DNA from: Candidatus Thorarchaeota archaeon
GTDB lineage: Archaea; Asgardarchaeota; Thorarchaeia; Thorarchaeales; Thorarchaeaceae
NCBI GenBank assembly: GCA_963726195.1
Contig: CAVSBO010000003.1
Location: 451,011 to 515,010, forward strand
Direction of reading: 5' to 3'
DNA: 64,000 nt
Notes under the pieces: model-generated
Seen by the model: only the letters and a program-made list of their open reading frames with translations
Told to the model about the DNA's origin: nothing
The model's database searches: none
Made by a program: the position numbers and the translations under genes
Part shown: one piece after another, positions 38,427 through 48,849 of the stretch
How the letters are laid out: each line of letters opens with the position of its first letter
Position numbering within the stretch: position 1 is the first letter of the stretch

Positions 38427-38610
38427 GGCACTGAGTTATGGTGCCCAAGCTCCCACATATGTCTTGTTCAGCGAAGACCAAGTCTCAGGCCCATGTCCCT
38501 AGGCCCCGGTTGCGGGTATTCTCTCAATGCCAACCCGCACGCACAAGGCCGTCATGCAACTCAATGGAATTGCTTTTTAGTCCGGCTTGGTCAGTTCGGT
38601 CATCTTCTAG

Positions 38611-39810
38611 GTGAACACCATGCATCGCGAAATCGCCAAGGGCGTATACTACGTTGGAGTTGATGACCATCATACTGAGTTGTTCGAGAATCTTTGGACT
38701 TTGCCCTACGGTGTTTCATACAACAGCTACCTGATAGTCGACGAGAAAGTCGCACTGATTGAATGCGTCAAGGAGCCATGGTCTGCGGAATGGCTGGCCA
38801 ACATCCGCGAAATCGTAGACCCGTCGAAGATAGACTACATCATACTCAATCACATGGAACCTGATCATACGGGTGCATTGCCAGACTTGGCCAAGGTCGC
38901 AAAGAGAGCTGTCATTGTTTACACTCAGAAAGCTTCGGATATGCAGAAGTCGTTCTACAATACCCGCCTCCCGGAGAAGATAGTAGGAGACCTTGAGGAG
39001 ATTTCGCTTGGCAGCAGAAACCTCAGGTTCATTCATGCGCCATTTCTTCACTGGCCAGAAACGATGTTAACCTACGACACGAAGGAGCATGTACTGTTTT
39101 CATGCGACGCCTTTGGCTCATTTGGAGCTCTCAATGGGAACCATTTTGACGATGAAATCAACATGGAGATGGTCGAATCAGAAAGCAGGCGATACCTGTC
39201 AGCAATAATCGCGAGTTATCTGAAATTCATTCAGCAAGGCATTGCCAGAGTCAAAGAACTGAACTTGGATGTCAAAATGATTGCACCCAGTCACGGACCG
39301 ATCTATCGCAAGAACCCCACGTGGATTGTTGAACGATACGCAGAGTGGAGCAATCCTGAACTGGAGAAGAACTGTGTCATAGTGTACGGAACCATGTATG
39401 GTTTCACTTACAGATTGGTCATGATATTGAAGAAGGAACTAATCAACCTCGGCGTGGAAGTCAAGACCCATAACGTCTCGGTCTCAGAGTTGAGCAGAAT
39501 CATAACCGACACCATGCGAGCGGGAGTGATAGTGCTTGGTTCACCGACCTACGATGCTTTTCCCTTTCCCAGAATCCAGACTGTCGTCGATGAGATGGAG
39601 TGCAAACGCTATGCCAAACGTCCGATTGGTCTCTTCGGTACTTACGGTTGGGGAGGAGGAGGTCTAAGGAGACTTCAGAAGCAACTCGACGGGATGGGAT
39701 TCAGCATTCTTGAGCCCGTCATAAGCGTGCATGGCCAGCCAAACCCGCAAGAAGTTGAGGACTGCAAGAGACTTGCCAAGGCCATCGCGAGCGTTCTCGG
39801 ACGGAAATGA
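38611..39810 (+). CDS. fprA: Flavodiiron protein (FprA-type; metallo-beta-lactamase-like plus flavodoxin-like domains)
   Basis: Di-iron ligand motif LNHMEPDHTGALP, the length, and a C-terminal flavodoxin-like VIVYGTMYGFT...GSPTY. Confidence 0.8.
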   Translation: MNTMHREIAKGVYYVGVDDHHTELFENLWTLPYGVSYNSYLIVDEKVALIECVKEPWSAEWLANIREIVDPSKIDYIILNHMEPDHTGALPDLAKVAKRAVIVYTQKASDMQKSFYNTRLPEKIVGDLEEISLGSRNLRFIHAPFLHWPETMLTYDTKEHVLFSCDAFGSFGALNGNHFDDEINMEMVESESRRYLSAIIASYLKFIQQGIARVKELNLDVKMIAPSHGPIYRKNPTWIVERYAEWSNPELEKNCVIVYGTMYGFTYRLVMILKKELINLGVEVKTHNVSVSELSRIITDTMRAGVIVLGSPTYDAFPFPRIQTVVDEMECKRYAKRPIGLFGTYGWGGGGLRRLQKQLDGMGFSILEPVISVHGQPNPQEVEDCKRLAKAIASVLGRK

Positions 39811-39930
39811 CCCACCTGCATCATGACTGGTAATGAGAACGTACTCTATGCTCAGACTTAATAGCACCGCCAACCGAAAGCCGAAACATTCTGTCTCAAA
39901 GAATGAGAGACTCCGGCTTTCGGAGCCAAG

Positions 39931-40545
39931 ATGATCACTGAGCAGAAGGAGAGAGACGCTATGGAATTCAAAGGATCAAAGACTGAAAGAAACCTCGTGG
40001 CTTCTTTCGCTGGAGAGTCTCAGGCTCGAAATCGTTATACTTACTACGCTGACAAAGCGAAGGAAGAGGGCTACATTCAGATTTCGGCCGTGTTCGAGGA
40101 GACCGCAAACCAAGAACGTGAGCATGCTGAACGATACTTCAAGCTACTGCAAGAAAACAACGCAGCAAACGCTGTCAAGGTCGAAGCAGAGTTCCCTGCT
40201 CGACCCTTGGGTAAGACCGAGGAGAATCTGAGAGCGGCTGCAGCAGGGGAGCACTACGAGACAACCTCAATGTACCCCGGCTTTGCAGACATCGCAGACA
40301 AAGAGGGCTTTCCTAAGATTGCTGCTGTTTGGAGAGCAATTGGCAAGGCAGAAGCATGGCATGAGCAGCGCTACAACACACTTGCCGACAATGTGGCCAA
40401 GGGTCGCGTGTTTAAGCGAGAAACAAAGGTCAAGTGGCGCTGTCAGAATTGCGGCTACATTCATGAAGGCACAAGCCCTCCAGAGATGTGTCCTGCTTGT
40501 GGCTATCCTAAGAGCTACTACATGGTACACAGCGCCGAGTTCTAG
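39931..40545 (+). CDS. rbr: Rubrerythrin
   Basis: Ferritin-like EREHAERY and EAWHEQRY motifs, plus the C-terminal rubredoxin-like CQNCGY...CPACGYPK. Confidence 0.9.
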   Translation: MITEQKERDAMEFKGSKTERNLVASFAGESQARNRYTYYADKAKEEGYIQISAVFEETANQEREHAERYFKLLQENNAANAVKVEAEFPARPLGKTEENLRAAAAGEHYETTSMYPGFADIADKEGFPKIAAVWRAIGKAEAWHEQRYNTLADNVAKGRVFKRETKVKWRCQNCGYIHEGTSPPEMCPACGYPKSYYMVHSAEF

Positions 40546-40560
40546 AAACGACAGTCAGAT

Positions 40561-40610
40561 AACACCTTGACCTCGAATGTCTGTTTCAGCATCAGCAGGG
40601 TCAAGGTGTT
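40561..40610. repeat. Inverted repeat (12-bp stem, 26-nt loop) 16 nt downstream of the rubrerythrin stop
   Basis: aacaccttgacc (40561-40572) is the reverse complement of ggtcaaggtgtt (40599-40610). Confidence 0.7.
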
Positions 40611-40980
40611 TGTAACTGGCAAATCATCCCCAATTAGAGGAGTGGAGGTCCTCAAGGAAACAACAGGAGGGGGTGTCGAGGAGTTAGTGGGGTGATCTAC
40701 AATCAGCGAATTCCTGTTGAAGCCTCCACTCAAACAGCACGACGCGCCTAGCCCACATTTCTTTGTGTGTGTTATGACATAACCAAGCACACTTTTCCCG
40801 ATTAGAACACGCTCTTCTCTCAGGTAAGAACGGAATTCCCAACGCTCCGGGTAAGACATTCGGCATGAACGCTGGCGCCATTGATCACATGGTCAAGCTG
40901 CAGCAGGGTCGTTGCTCTTTTGCCAAGACCCCACACGCGCGGCTGCAATGCCTGGCAGCCCATGCCAGAACAGATCACGG

Positions 40981-41304
40981 TCATTTCGTTGAACTTGCTG
41001 CACGTCCTTTTTTCCGGGGTGGGGCACATGCCTCATCAAGCAAGAAAGCCAGCGTTAGGTTGAACACTGCGTCAGCCGTCTTCTTGTCTACCTTGAACTG
41101 TTTTGGATGAACAGAAACGGTCCTGTATTCGTTGAGCTGCTTGAAAAGATTCTCATACACTTTCGGGATGCAGCTTCCGAATACAGCCCTATTCCTCACG
41201 TATAGGTCGGCGAGTTGACCAAGCGATAACCTCATTTCCGGGTCTGACTGTTCCAAAGTCTTCCGGCTCTTCGCTAGTAGAATCAAGAACAATCTGCTCT
41301 CCAC
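40981..41304 (-). CDS. HEPN-like (Swt1-like) domain protein, probably the C-terminal part of a longer frameshift-split gene
   Basis: LSLGQLADLY...FKQLNEYRTVSVHP contains an R-x4-H motif in the usual HEPN context. The same frame is open upstream across the stop of 41322-41651. Confidence 0.4.
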   Translation of the reverse strand: MESRLFLILLAKSRKTLEQSDPEMRLSLGQLADLYVRNRAVFGSCIPKVYENLFKQLNEYRTVSVHPKQFKVDKKTADAVFNLTLAFLLDEACAPPRKKGRAASSTK

Positions 41305-41321
41305 AGCAACTGAGCTATTGA

Positions 41322-41651
41322 CTACCGCGGACCAATAGCAAGCTTTCCAAGAGGCAGTGAAAAGTCTTCATTGATTCTGTCTGCTTCTTCATCAGTCAGT
41401 TGCCCCAGTCGTAGCAAAGAGGTGCTCTCCACGCTTGAGTATAGGCTTGAAACCTCACCAAGTGCCTCAGGCAGGTCGTCTTTGCTCGAGTCTGTGCCTG
41501 GCGCCAGTCTATACAGAGCTTTCTCGAGCTTGTCATATCTCTCATCTATCCGGACAAGGAAATCAATCATGGAATTCAGTAGGCTTCGATAGGTAACAAA
41601 ATCGACAATGTACCGCCAACTCTCAAACTTGACTCCCTGCGCATCTTCCAT
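41322..41651 (-). CDS. Hypothetical helical protein, probably the N-terminal part of the HEPN-like gene
   Basis: It lies 17 nt upstream of the previous ORF and contains a similar LLRLGQLTDEEA element. Confidence 0.35.
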   Translation of the reverse strand: MEDAQGVKFESWRYIVDFVTYRSLLNSMIDFLVRIDERYDKLEKALYRLAPGTDSSKDDLPEALGEVSSLYSSVESTSLLRLGQLTDEEADRINEDFSLPLGKLAIGPR

Positions 41652-42911
41652 CAGCTTGTCGCAGTGGTCGGGAAGATGAAGTGCTATCGAGAACGTAATC
41701 TTTCAATGTCAGGAATCTCCTGCCGTCACGGCCAATGAAACTTCATTCTTGTTTAGAATCAGAACCGCGGGCAAGTGGGGGTGTGCGCTTACCCAAGGAC
41801 TTCACCCAAGGACTCGTCACATACCTACCTCAGAGCAATTTCAAGTTCAGTCCTGTATTTGAATGTTGCATTAGACTAGAAGAAACCAGTGCGCAAGGCT
41901 TATCTCAGAACTCGCAACAGTGAGAGCAGGTGTTTCTAATTGAGTGGCAAAGCTGTCTCTATGATATTCATGGTAATCGTATCCGTCGCTGCGCTCTTGA
42001 TGGCTATGTTTTTCCTTTTGTCAGGCTGCCTATGACCCGACCCTGACTTGGGATCAGCGTGTCTATGATGGTGCCGTTGGGATAGTTCTGATTGCGATTC
42101 TTCTTGGGGTCTCAGTCACGTGCGTCTTCCGTGGTGCTAGAGTTAGGATAGGTTGAGGCGTTAGGCTCTGCCGTTGTTGCTGATCACTTGCTTCGCTACC
42201 TTGTTGCCAAGACCAATACTGGCCTCCGACCCGGCGAAAGGTCGTGGAATCTCGCAGCGACACGTTGGCCGAGCACAAAGATCAGATCAGTGAGGTTGAG
42301 AGAGCGTGGAACTATGCCCGCTATGTGGCATATGTCAATACTGGTAAACACCACACGCCGGCCGAATTGATGCAGATTAAGGAAAACGATTATGAAGCCT
42401 TAGCAGCATTACTAAGGTCCACGGGAAAACCGGACTGCGAACGTCTAAAGTCTCTCTTGTCACTCATGCTAGTTCCTCATCGTTATCTTCACACTCTATG
42501 GCCGGCCCCTCTCTATTCTCAGATTCTCTATTTGCCATTTCGTAACAGAGACGAGCACAAAAAGAGATGGGTACAATACCTATTGCGAAAAGTGCAGTTA
42601 CTGATTGAGCATTGCCTTGGTCAACTTGAGATTTAACCAATAGGACAAGTATTGCCAACAGGACTATCAGGATGGGTACTAAGAATACCCTTGTTCTTGT
42701 TCTAATGTTTTCTCACCCCACATTTCCCGCCCTCACCAAAATCGTGCTCTTACCGTAATTGCGTGTCCCGCGGAAAAGTAGAGCGCAGTGTCAGATAAGT
42801 TAGACGATTTATGTCTGTGTCAGTCTGGCGACGAGCTTGATCAGTTTGTCGAGCCTCTGAGCGATGGCCGCGAGCTCGTCCAAAATCTGGAAATGTCTCT
42901 TCGTATTGATG

Positions 42912-43559
42912 TCATGTTAGTTCACTTCGTTTCTTGAATACGTACAGAGCCCCAACGTTGTCGCGGATATGCTCCTTCAAAAGTTGAAGTTCAGGTAGCA
43001 GGGTTAAGTACTCTTGAAGCGGCCGGAATATCTGGTACCTGCAATCTGTGTTTGAATCGCCAAATGGGCTTCTGTACCAAGTGTAAACAAACAAGATTTC
43101 ATCAGTCCACTTGGAGAGATTTCTGAGTATTGAACGAAAGTCTTGATCCTTCATCACATGAAAGAGAACATCCATGCACAGAACGACTTGCCTATGAACT
43201 TCAAGTGTTTCACTCGCATTAGCGCATATGAAACTCAAATCAGGATACAGTCGTCTGTCCTTAGTTATAACATCTGGAGAAAAGTCTATTCCCAAGTATG
43301 AAAGACATGACCGTTTCTCCCAGAAGTGCAGATCACCACAGCCCACATCGAGAACTGACTTGGTTTTCACATCGACGTACTGCCCTATGATTGACCACTT
43401 CCAGTTTCTTTGTTCACCAGATGACCCTGCACCGCTTGTAAGGCCACTCTTGTACCTGTTATCCCAGTAGTCACGATCAGATGAGAAACTGTCATCAACT
43501 TTGAGTCCGAGCACTTTCCTCAATTTGCCTTTTGCTCTTAGCGCTAGATTATTGGGCAA
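42912..43559 (-). CDS. Class I SAM-dependent methyltransferase
   Basis: Motif I VLDVGCGDLHFW, with downstream motif-II/III-like VLCMDVLFHV. Confidence 0.7.
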   Translation of the reverse strand: MPNNLALRAKGKLRKVLGLKVDDSFSSDRDYWDNRYKSGLTSGAGSSGEQRNWKWSIIGQYVDVKTKSVLDVGCGDLHFWEKRSCLSYLGIDFSPDVITKDRRLYPDLSFICANASETLEVHRQVVLCMDVLFHVMKDQDFRSILRNLSKWTDEILFVYTWYRSPFGDSNTDCRYQIFRPLQEYLTLLPELQLLKEHIRDNVGALYVFKKRSELT

Positions 43560-45006
43560 CTATTTCACCCTACAGCTGGCGCAACCTTTTACTCTACTGC
43601 GTCTGTGAAGCATCCTCTACTTGAACCTCACGAAACTGGGCAATGACTTTCCTGCGACAGTTACACCAGAGTGGATTGATATCAGTCATATCAGTAATCT
43701 GCAGTTCGATTAACGTTCTTGGGTCCCCACCGACTTCTGCCGATGGAAACGCTTTTATATGCACCTTTCGCCTCGCTCGCCGTAGGCAGGAGGCAATGGT
43801 GATGGTCAAAGATATTGACCGCTTTCTGGATTCTTTCATCACGGTAGTCATAGCTTCAATCCCCATATTCCTTGTCGCAGTGAGTCTTCTGGTCCAAAGG
43901 ATTTGATGTGATTGTGAATAGAACTATGCAGACCTACTATTTGGTGCCAGCAAGCATGCAGGTTTTTGTAATCCAGATTGTTTTCTCAGTTGGCTCTCTC
44001 GTTCTTGGTCTTTGGAGCAGAACGTCTGATGACACTCCATCAAAGGAGCAAAAACTCTATGCTTCACTCATCTTGTATCTAGTATCCATCGGATTCTTCC
44101 TAGTTTGGCTATCGGCTATATTCACTTTTACTTAGATTCCCAATCATCTCGGAGACCGTGAAGCATCGCATCAGTGAGCAAGAAAGGCGATACAGAGCCC
44201 GAAATCAGTATGGCGATGGGACACATTCAAGATGATGGCCCAAAACCCCCGCAGAAGCTTCGTGATGGGCCTCCTCATTGGGTGACGCATATATACTTAG
44301 AAAGAGTGGATTGCACACATGAACGACTCCAAGATTCAAGGAGAAGGGAGATGATATGAGAATCTTTCCGAGGGATTACTGGTACTGGTACAGAGAAGAC
44401 TTGGGGCGGTGGGGAATAGCACCACGTTCTACTTTCTTAGAATTATTTGTGCCTGTTGTCCTTGCCATGGCAGCTCTGATATCACTGTGGTGCTTTGCTC
44501 TGCTGGTGCTGCCTTTTCTATACAATTTCTATTCAACGTATCAGAGGACCAAGCCCATTGACGAGATTCCTTTCAGGTTCTTCTGAGCGTTCTACCCGAG
44601 GAGACTGAAACAGACGTGAAGAAAACCGAGGAGATAGGCAAGTGACTGACAAAAAGAAGAAACAAGAAGAGAAAAGTGTTCTGCAGTTGATTAGTGAGAG
44701 ATTAGACGAGATTGCTGACGCGGCTTTTTGCTGCGAGGCGGCCGCGAATACGGACGCGATATGTACCATTCCAGGCACGGTGGATGACATAAAGGCTATC
44801 ATCAAAAAGGAAGAACTGAGGGAAAGGGAAAAGCATCATCACCTTTAGTAGAGTGCCTAGTAATTGAGGTCTGTTCTGCGATTCTGCCGACGGAAACGTG
44901 TGTGTTGGCGGGTCCCCGAAATCACCGTGCCCATATTCGCTAAACGGTGTACTCGCCTATCCCACAACCATCTGACGCCTCAATGTCAGTATGCTGCTGA
45001 TTCCGC

Positions 45007-45693
45007 CTAGGCATCGGTATCCAAGAGACGTTGTCCACAGTTAGGGCAGAATCTTGTCCCGGGTGCCAGACCTGCCTGACCACAGGATGGGCACAAACGA
45101 CTCGGTGCTGGTGCAGTGGGCGGTGCCTGCGTAAACACAACTCGCTGAACTGGCCTTTTCGAAGGCGAATTCAACCAGTGGAAGACGAAGGCCAGCGCCA
45201 CCACAATAATGACCAAGGCGATGCCTAGTGCTTGGATTTGAATCGGCGAGACCGGGATGGCCGCCGGGGTTCGACTATGAGAACCTTGGAAATATGCGAT
45301 GGAGAAGTTGCTGTTCCTGTTCTCGTAGACTGTGTACCAAGTCCCTGCTTCGGGAACCGTGACACTCCAAGAAACGCTCCATGTTGTAGTTTGAATATTC
45401 GCATTGTTTGTTGAATAAACCTTCGTCGGATTCTGTCCGCCTTGGTACAGACCGTAGTTTGAATCATCGCAGACGAAGAAATCCAAATCATCGCCTAACG
45501 CAGTGAAACTGCCCGAGAGGACGTCGCCCTTCTCGCATGTCCAGTTGAAGCCTTTGTGTGACGGGGGATAAAGAAAGAAATCAAAATCCACCAGAGGCCG
45601 GGATTGATGTGTGTTAACAAAGCCAGTGGTCGCCAGTACGGCAGATGGCATGGAGAACGCAAGGAGAACCATAAACAACAAGAACTTCTTCAC
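45007..45693 (-). CDS. Secreted protein with TM anchor and cytoplasmic C-terminal zinc ribbon, paralog of 37779-38426
   Basis: Signal peptide MKKFLLFMVLLAFSMPSAVLA, the shared core, TM helix ALGIALVIIVVALAFVF, and CPSCGQ...FCPNCGQ. Confidence 0.6.
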   Translation of the reverse strand: MKKFLLFMVLLAFSMPSAVLATTGFVNTHQSRPLVDFDFFLYPPSHKGFNWTCEKGDVLSGSFTALGDDLDFFVCDDSNYGLYQGGQNPTKVYSTNNANIQTTTWSVSWSVTVPEAGTWYTVYENRNSNFSIAYFQGSHSRTPAAIPVSPIQIQALGIALVIIVVALAFVFHWLNSPSKRPVQRVVFTQAPPTAPAPSRLCPSCGQAGLAPGTRFCPNCGQRLLDTDA

Positions 45694-45820
45694 GGTAAAC
45701 CCCTCTCGACAAAGACCTACAGACTCGCTTCATCCTTATTCCCTTTTCTGTTTATGGAGATTCAGATTTCCAAACGAGAAGTGCTCCACACCGTCACTGC
45801 CACACGTGGCTGTTGAGCAG

Positions 45821-46042
45821 TCATTCCCGCGACCGGGTCTGCCATCCTCTGAGATACCATTCGACGAGGGCAAACATGAGTAGAACGACAAGGGCCCTCC
45901 AGAAATCGACTGAGCCCGCCGTTATGTAAGGTATGAACCAAGCAGCCAGAAACACAACAACCAGTGATACAATCAATCTAGCAATAGCGTGAGAAACGCT
46001 TCGCTTCTTCACCTTGTTTTCGTGTTCATTGGTTTCTTCCAT
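45821..46042 (-). CDS. Small 2-TM membrane protein
   Basis: Helices IARLIVSLVVVFLAAWFIPYI and ALVVLLMFALVEWYL. Confidence 0.4.
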   Translation of the reverse strand: MEETNEHENKVKKRSVSHAIARLIVSLVVVFLAAWFIPYITAGSVDFWRALVVLLMFALVEWYLRGWQTRSRE

Positions 46043-46239
46043 CTCAAGCGTCCCTGCTGTTCGCCTGCACCACTTGCCACCGGGTTTCGTGATATCGATT
46101 CATTTCTGATACTGCCGGCTGTGCGGATGAGCCATTCGAGAAGAGGGTGCTATATTCGCTTTGTTCGTCTGTGCTTGCACCCCGATTGTCATTTCGAGTG
46201 GAGTTCACAAGTCTTATGGCTCTCAAACTGGATGGCCCT

Positions 46240-47421
46240 CTATTCAGGCTTAGTGTGACGCTTGTAAAGGAACGCGCGACATTCTGTCCAGAAACTGGAT
46301 GCGTAGGCCCTAGGCTCACGAAGGCTCAGATAAACGAAAGAGCCGACGAAGCGGAGTACTGTGCTCAACATCATCATCGTGAATACAGCGCTGTAATCTC
46401 CGAGAAGTGGCGCCATAGCCTGACCAATAATGCCTGATATCAATGAGCCAAAGAGGAAGACTACTCCTGTGAAGGTGTTGTAGACTGCGATATGAGACCC
46501 TCTCTCGCCTTCTGGTGATACATCATAGATGTAGGCTGTCGCCGCGTTGTCCGAAGCGGCTGATGCAATACCTGAAACTGCGTTTGATACGTATACCAAG
46601 GTGGCATCCACGGCCAAGATGTAGAGCAGCGGCACCAAGAAGTATATGGCTCGTCCCAAGAAGATCAGGGGTCGTCGTCCGACTCTGTCGCTGAGCTTGC
46701 CGAGAGGCACAGTGAAGGCAACAGTGAACGCGATTGATACTGCTGAGGCAATAGCAATCTGCAGCAAGGTCATCTTCAACCAAACGACTGAAACTATTAT
46801 GAAAAAGGGCCAAGCCATCGACATCGCAAACGAGAAGAACGTAGCTGTGAAGCAGAGCCTCCGAAAGTCGCCGGGCCGCGTAAGAAGCTTCAGCATAGGA
46901 GGGAATCCGTGCTTTCCGTTGCCATTCCGGGGATTCTCCTTTATCGTGAAACAAAGTACCGCTGCAAGGAGACCGGTCACTGCAGTCAAATAGAATGGGA
47001 GATAGTATGGTTCTCTCCAAGCCTCTACGGGCGGAAACATAATCGGACCAAGAGGACCCCACCAGGCTCTGAAGTAAGACATCAGCCCGGGGACAATCGT
47101 CATGTATCCCGCCAAGACTGTGGCCAAAAGCGCAGCTACGTTTGTGACCATTCCTAACCGGCCGAGCTCGGTTCCTCGTTTGGACGGATGAATCAGTGCG
47201 CCAACCAGTGAAAGCCACGTAGGTATCTGTATACTCAGCAGTATTGACTCAACGGTATAAAGAAGAATCAAGTTCAGCGGCGAGGTTGCCCAGAGAAAAA
47301 GATAGACTGTTACTAGGCCGGTCAGAGTACCGAATGCAACGAAGAGCTTGTTGTGTCCTATTCTGTCAGACAGAGCACCCCATGCAGGCTGAAGAATCGC
47401 AGGGCTGATGTTTGCCGACAC
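46240..47421 (-). CDS. MFS transporter; the N-terminal ~55 aa are encoded in another frame up to 47584
   Basis: Ten or more TM helices, and the MFS loop motif GALSDRIGHNK / GKLSDRVGRRP. The upstream ORF 47366-47584 supplies TM1 and joins near 47400. Confidence 0.75.
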   Translation of the reverse strand: MSANISPAILQPAWGALSDRIGHNKLFVAFGTLTGLVTVYLFLWATSPLNLILLYTVESILLSIQIPTWLSLVGALIHPSKRGTELGRLGMVTNVAALLATVLAGYMTIVPGLMSYFRAWWGPLGPIMFPPVEAWREPYYLPFYLTAVTGLLAAVLCFTIKENPRNGNGKHGFPPMLKLLTRPGDFRRLCFTATFFSFAMSMAWPFFIIVSVVWLKMTLLQIAIASAVSIAFTVAFTVPLGKLSDRVGRRPLIFLGRAIYFLVPLLYILAVDATLVYVSNAVSGIASAASDNAATAYIYDVSPEGERGSHIAVYNTFTGVVFLFGSLISGIIGQAMAPLLGDYSAVFTMMMLSTVLRFVGSFVYLSLREPRAYASSFWTECRAFLYKRHTKPE

Positions 47422-47727
47422 TTCTGAATAGTCCCATCTCGGCGAAATTCGCGCCCAGTCCTAGTACATAGGCGCTGAGAAAAGGACTGTAAAGGCCCTG
47501 AGAAAAGCTCGAGACATAGAACCAACTACATATACACTGGCGAGGAAGCTTCTCAGCAATGGGCGGTGCTTCTGACTCGCTCAACCAGATTCGGGCCTTT
47601 CAGTTCGGGCCGGTCTGATACGCCATTTAAGAGTAGTCGTGACTACCTCATTCTTTCCCAGCACCAAGATTGACCGAACAGGTTATCTGCTCTGCTAACA
47701 AGACCGTGTGCTCGGCCTGACTACCAT

Positions 47728-47928
47728 ATGCTGACAAGTAAGGTCTACATACAGAGATTGGAGAAGCTTCGTGAGTCGATGCGCTCACAAGATGCCGGTT
47801 TTGCCCTTCTCACTCCATCACCCAATTTCCGATATCTGACAGACATCGTCTACGAGATGCGGGAACGACTTGTCGCATTTCATCGTCAAGGAGCGACGGA
47901 GAACCATCGTCGTTGCTCCAAAGTTTGA
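47728..47928 (+). CDS. Xaa-Pro dipeptidase / aminopeptidase P family (M24), N-terminal fragment
   Basis: Creatinase_N-like start YIQRLEKLRESMRSQDAGFALLTPSPNFRYLT. The frame shifts near 47878. Confidence 0.6.
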   Translation: MLTSKVYIQRLEKLRESMRSQDAGFALLTPSPNFRYLTDIVYEMRERLVAFHRQGATENHRRCSKV

Positions 47929-48838
47929 CGTCTCGAATCTCTCCAGGGACACGTGGATCAAGGAATTCCTTCCTTGGAACGAAGATGAGAACCCATACTT
48001 GATGGTTGCGAAGGCCGTTCGTTCAAAGCCAAAGGAGTGCGTAGCTCTGTTCGATGACCACATGCCAGTGGGGGTTTTGTGGGCTCTCGAGAAAGCGGTT
48101 GGCGGTTTCAAAAAGACTCTGTCGATGACTCCGCAGCTTGAGTCCATGAGGATTGTGAAGAGCAAAGAGGAAGTAGAGCTCATGAGGAAAGCGAGCAGCA
48201 TAATCGGAGAATCTGTCAGCAAGGCAATGACTCAGGCCAGACTGGGAATGACTGAACTCGAGATGCAGCAACTTGTCATAAACGAGTGTGCTCGGAGTGG
48301 CGGCGCGCCCACCTTCACTACTGTACAGTTTGGTGAGAACACTGCACTTCCACATGCAGATTCTGGAACAAGACAGCTTCGGAAGGGCGACATCGCCCTG
48401 TTTGACTGTGGCTGTGAAGTGGAGGGCTATAACACTGACATCACTAGGGTAGCGGTCGCTGGCAAGCCTTCAGCAGAGCAGGCATCAGTATACTCGATTG
48501 TCCTCAAAGCACAACAAGCCGCGATTGATAGAATCAAGGCGGGTCTGACCTGTGAGAAAGCTGACAATCTCGCTCGGCAGGTGATAGAGAAAGCTGGGTA
48601 CGGTGTCTACTTCACGCATAGGTTGGGCCATGGTGTTGGTCTGGAGGTCCATGAGCCTCCATACTTGGTCAAGGGAAACTCGATGCAGCTCAGAGCTGGC
48701 ATGACACATAGCGTTGAACCTGGCGTCTACTTGGAAGGCAAGTTCGGCATTAGGATAGAAGACACTGTGCTCGTGGACGAAACAGGATGTGAAGCCCTCA
48801 CTTCATCCCCAAAGGACTTGTTCCAAATGAATCTGTAG
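47870..48838 (+). CDS. Xaa-Pro dipeptidase / aminopeptidase P family (M24B), main part
   Basis: Metal-ligand context: DIALFDCGCEVEGYNTDITR, HRLGHGVGLEVHE, and VEPGVYLEGKFGIRIEDTV. Confidence 0.85.
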   Translation: MSHFIVKERRRTIVVAPKFDVSNLSRDTWIKEFLPWNEDENPYLMVAKAVRSKPKECVALFDDHMPVGVLWALEKAVGGFKKTLSMTPQLESMRIVKSKEEVELMRKASSIIGESVSKAMTQARLGMTELEMQQLVINECARSGGAPTFTTVQFGENTALPHADSGTRQLRKGDIALFDCGCEVEGYNTDITRVAVAGKPSAEQASVYSIVLKAQQAAIDRIKAGLTCEKADNLARQVIEKAGYGVYFTHRLGHGVGLEVHEPPYLVKGNSMQLRAGMTHSVEPGVYLEGKFGIRIEDTVLVDETGCEALTSSPKDLFQMNL

Positions 48839-48849
48839 AGGTAGGTCTC

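Noticed and set aside
40542-41029. Three overlapping minus-strand ORFs (40542-40859, 40684-40881, 40820-41029), considered as possible further pieces of the HEPN-like gene
   Set aside because: An A6 run at about 41000 could link them to the upstream gene. However, none of the three frames shows a recognisable motif, and the 12-bp hairpin lies inside one of them. I cannot choose a frame, so they are not called.
42244-44848. Short plus-strand ORFs (42244-42636, 43643-43906, 43908-44135, 44174-44359, 44356-44586, 44642-44848) and the minus-strand ORF 43594-43866
   Set aside because: Some contain plausible TM helices (43908-44135, 44356-44586), but there are no motifs, and competing ORFs lie on both strands. 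Support is too weak to list them as features. They are mentioned only as part of a possible accessory patch.
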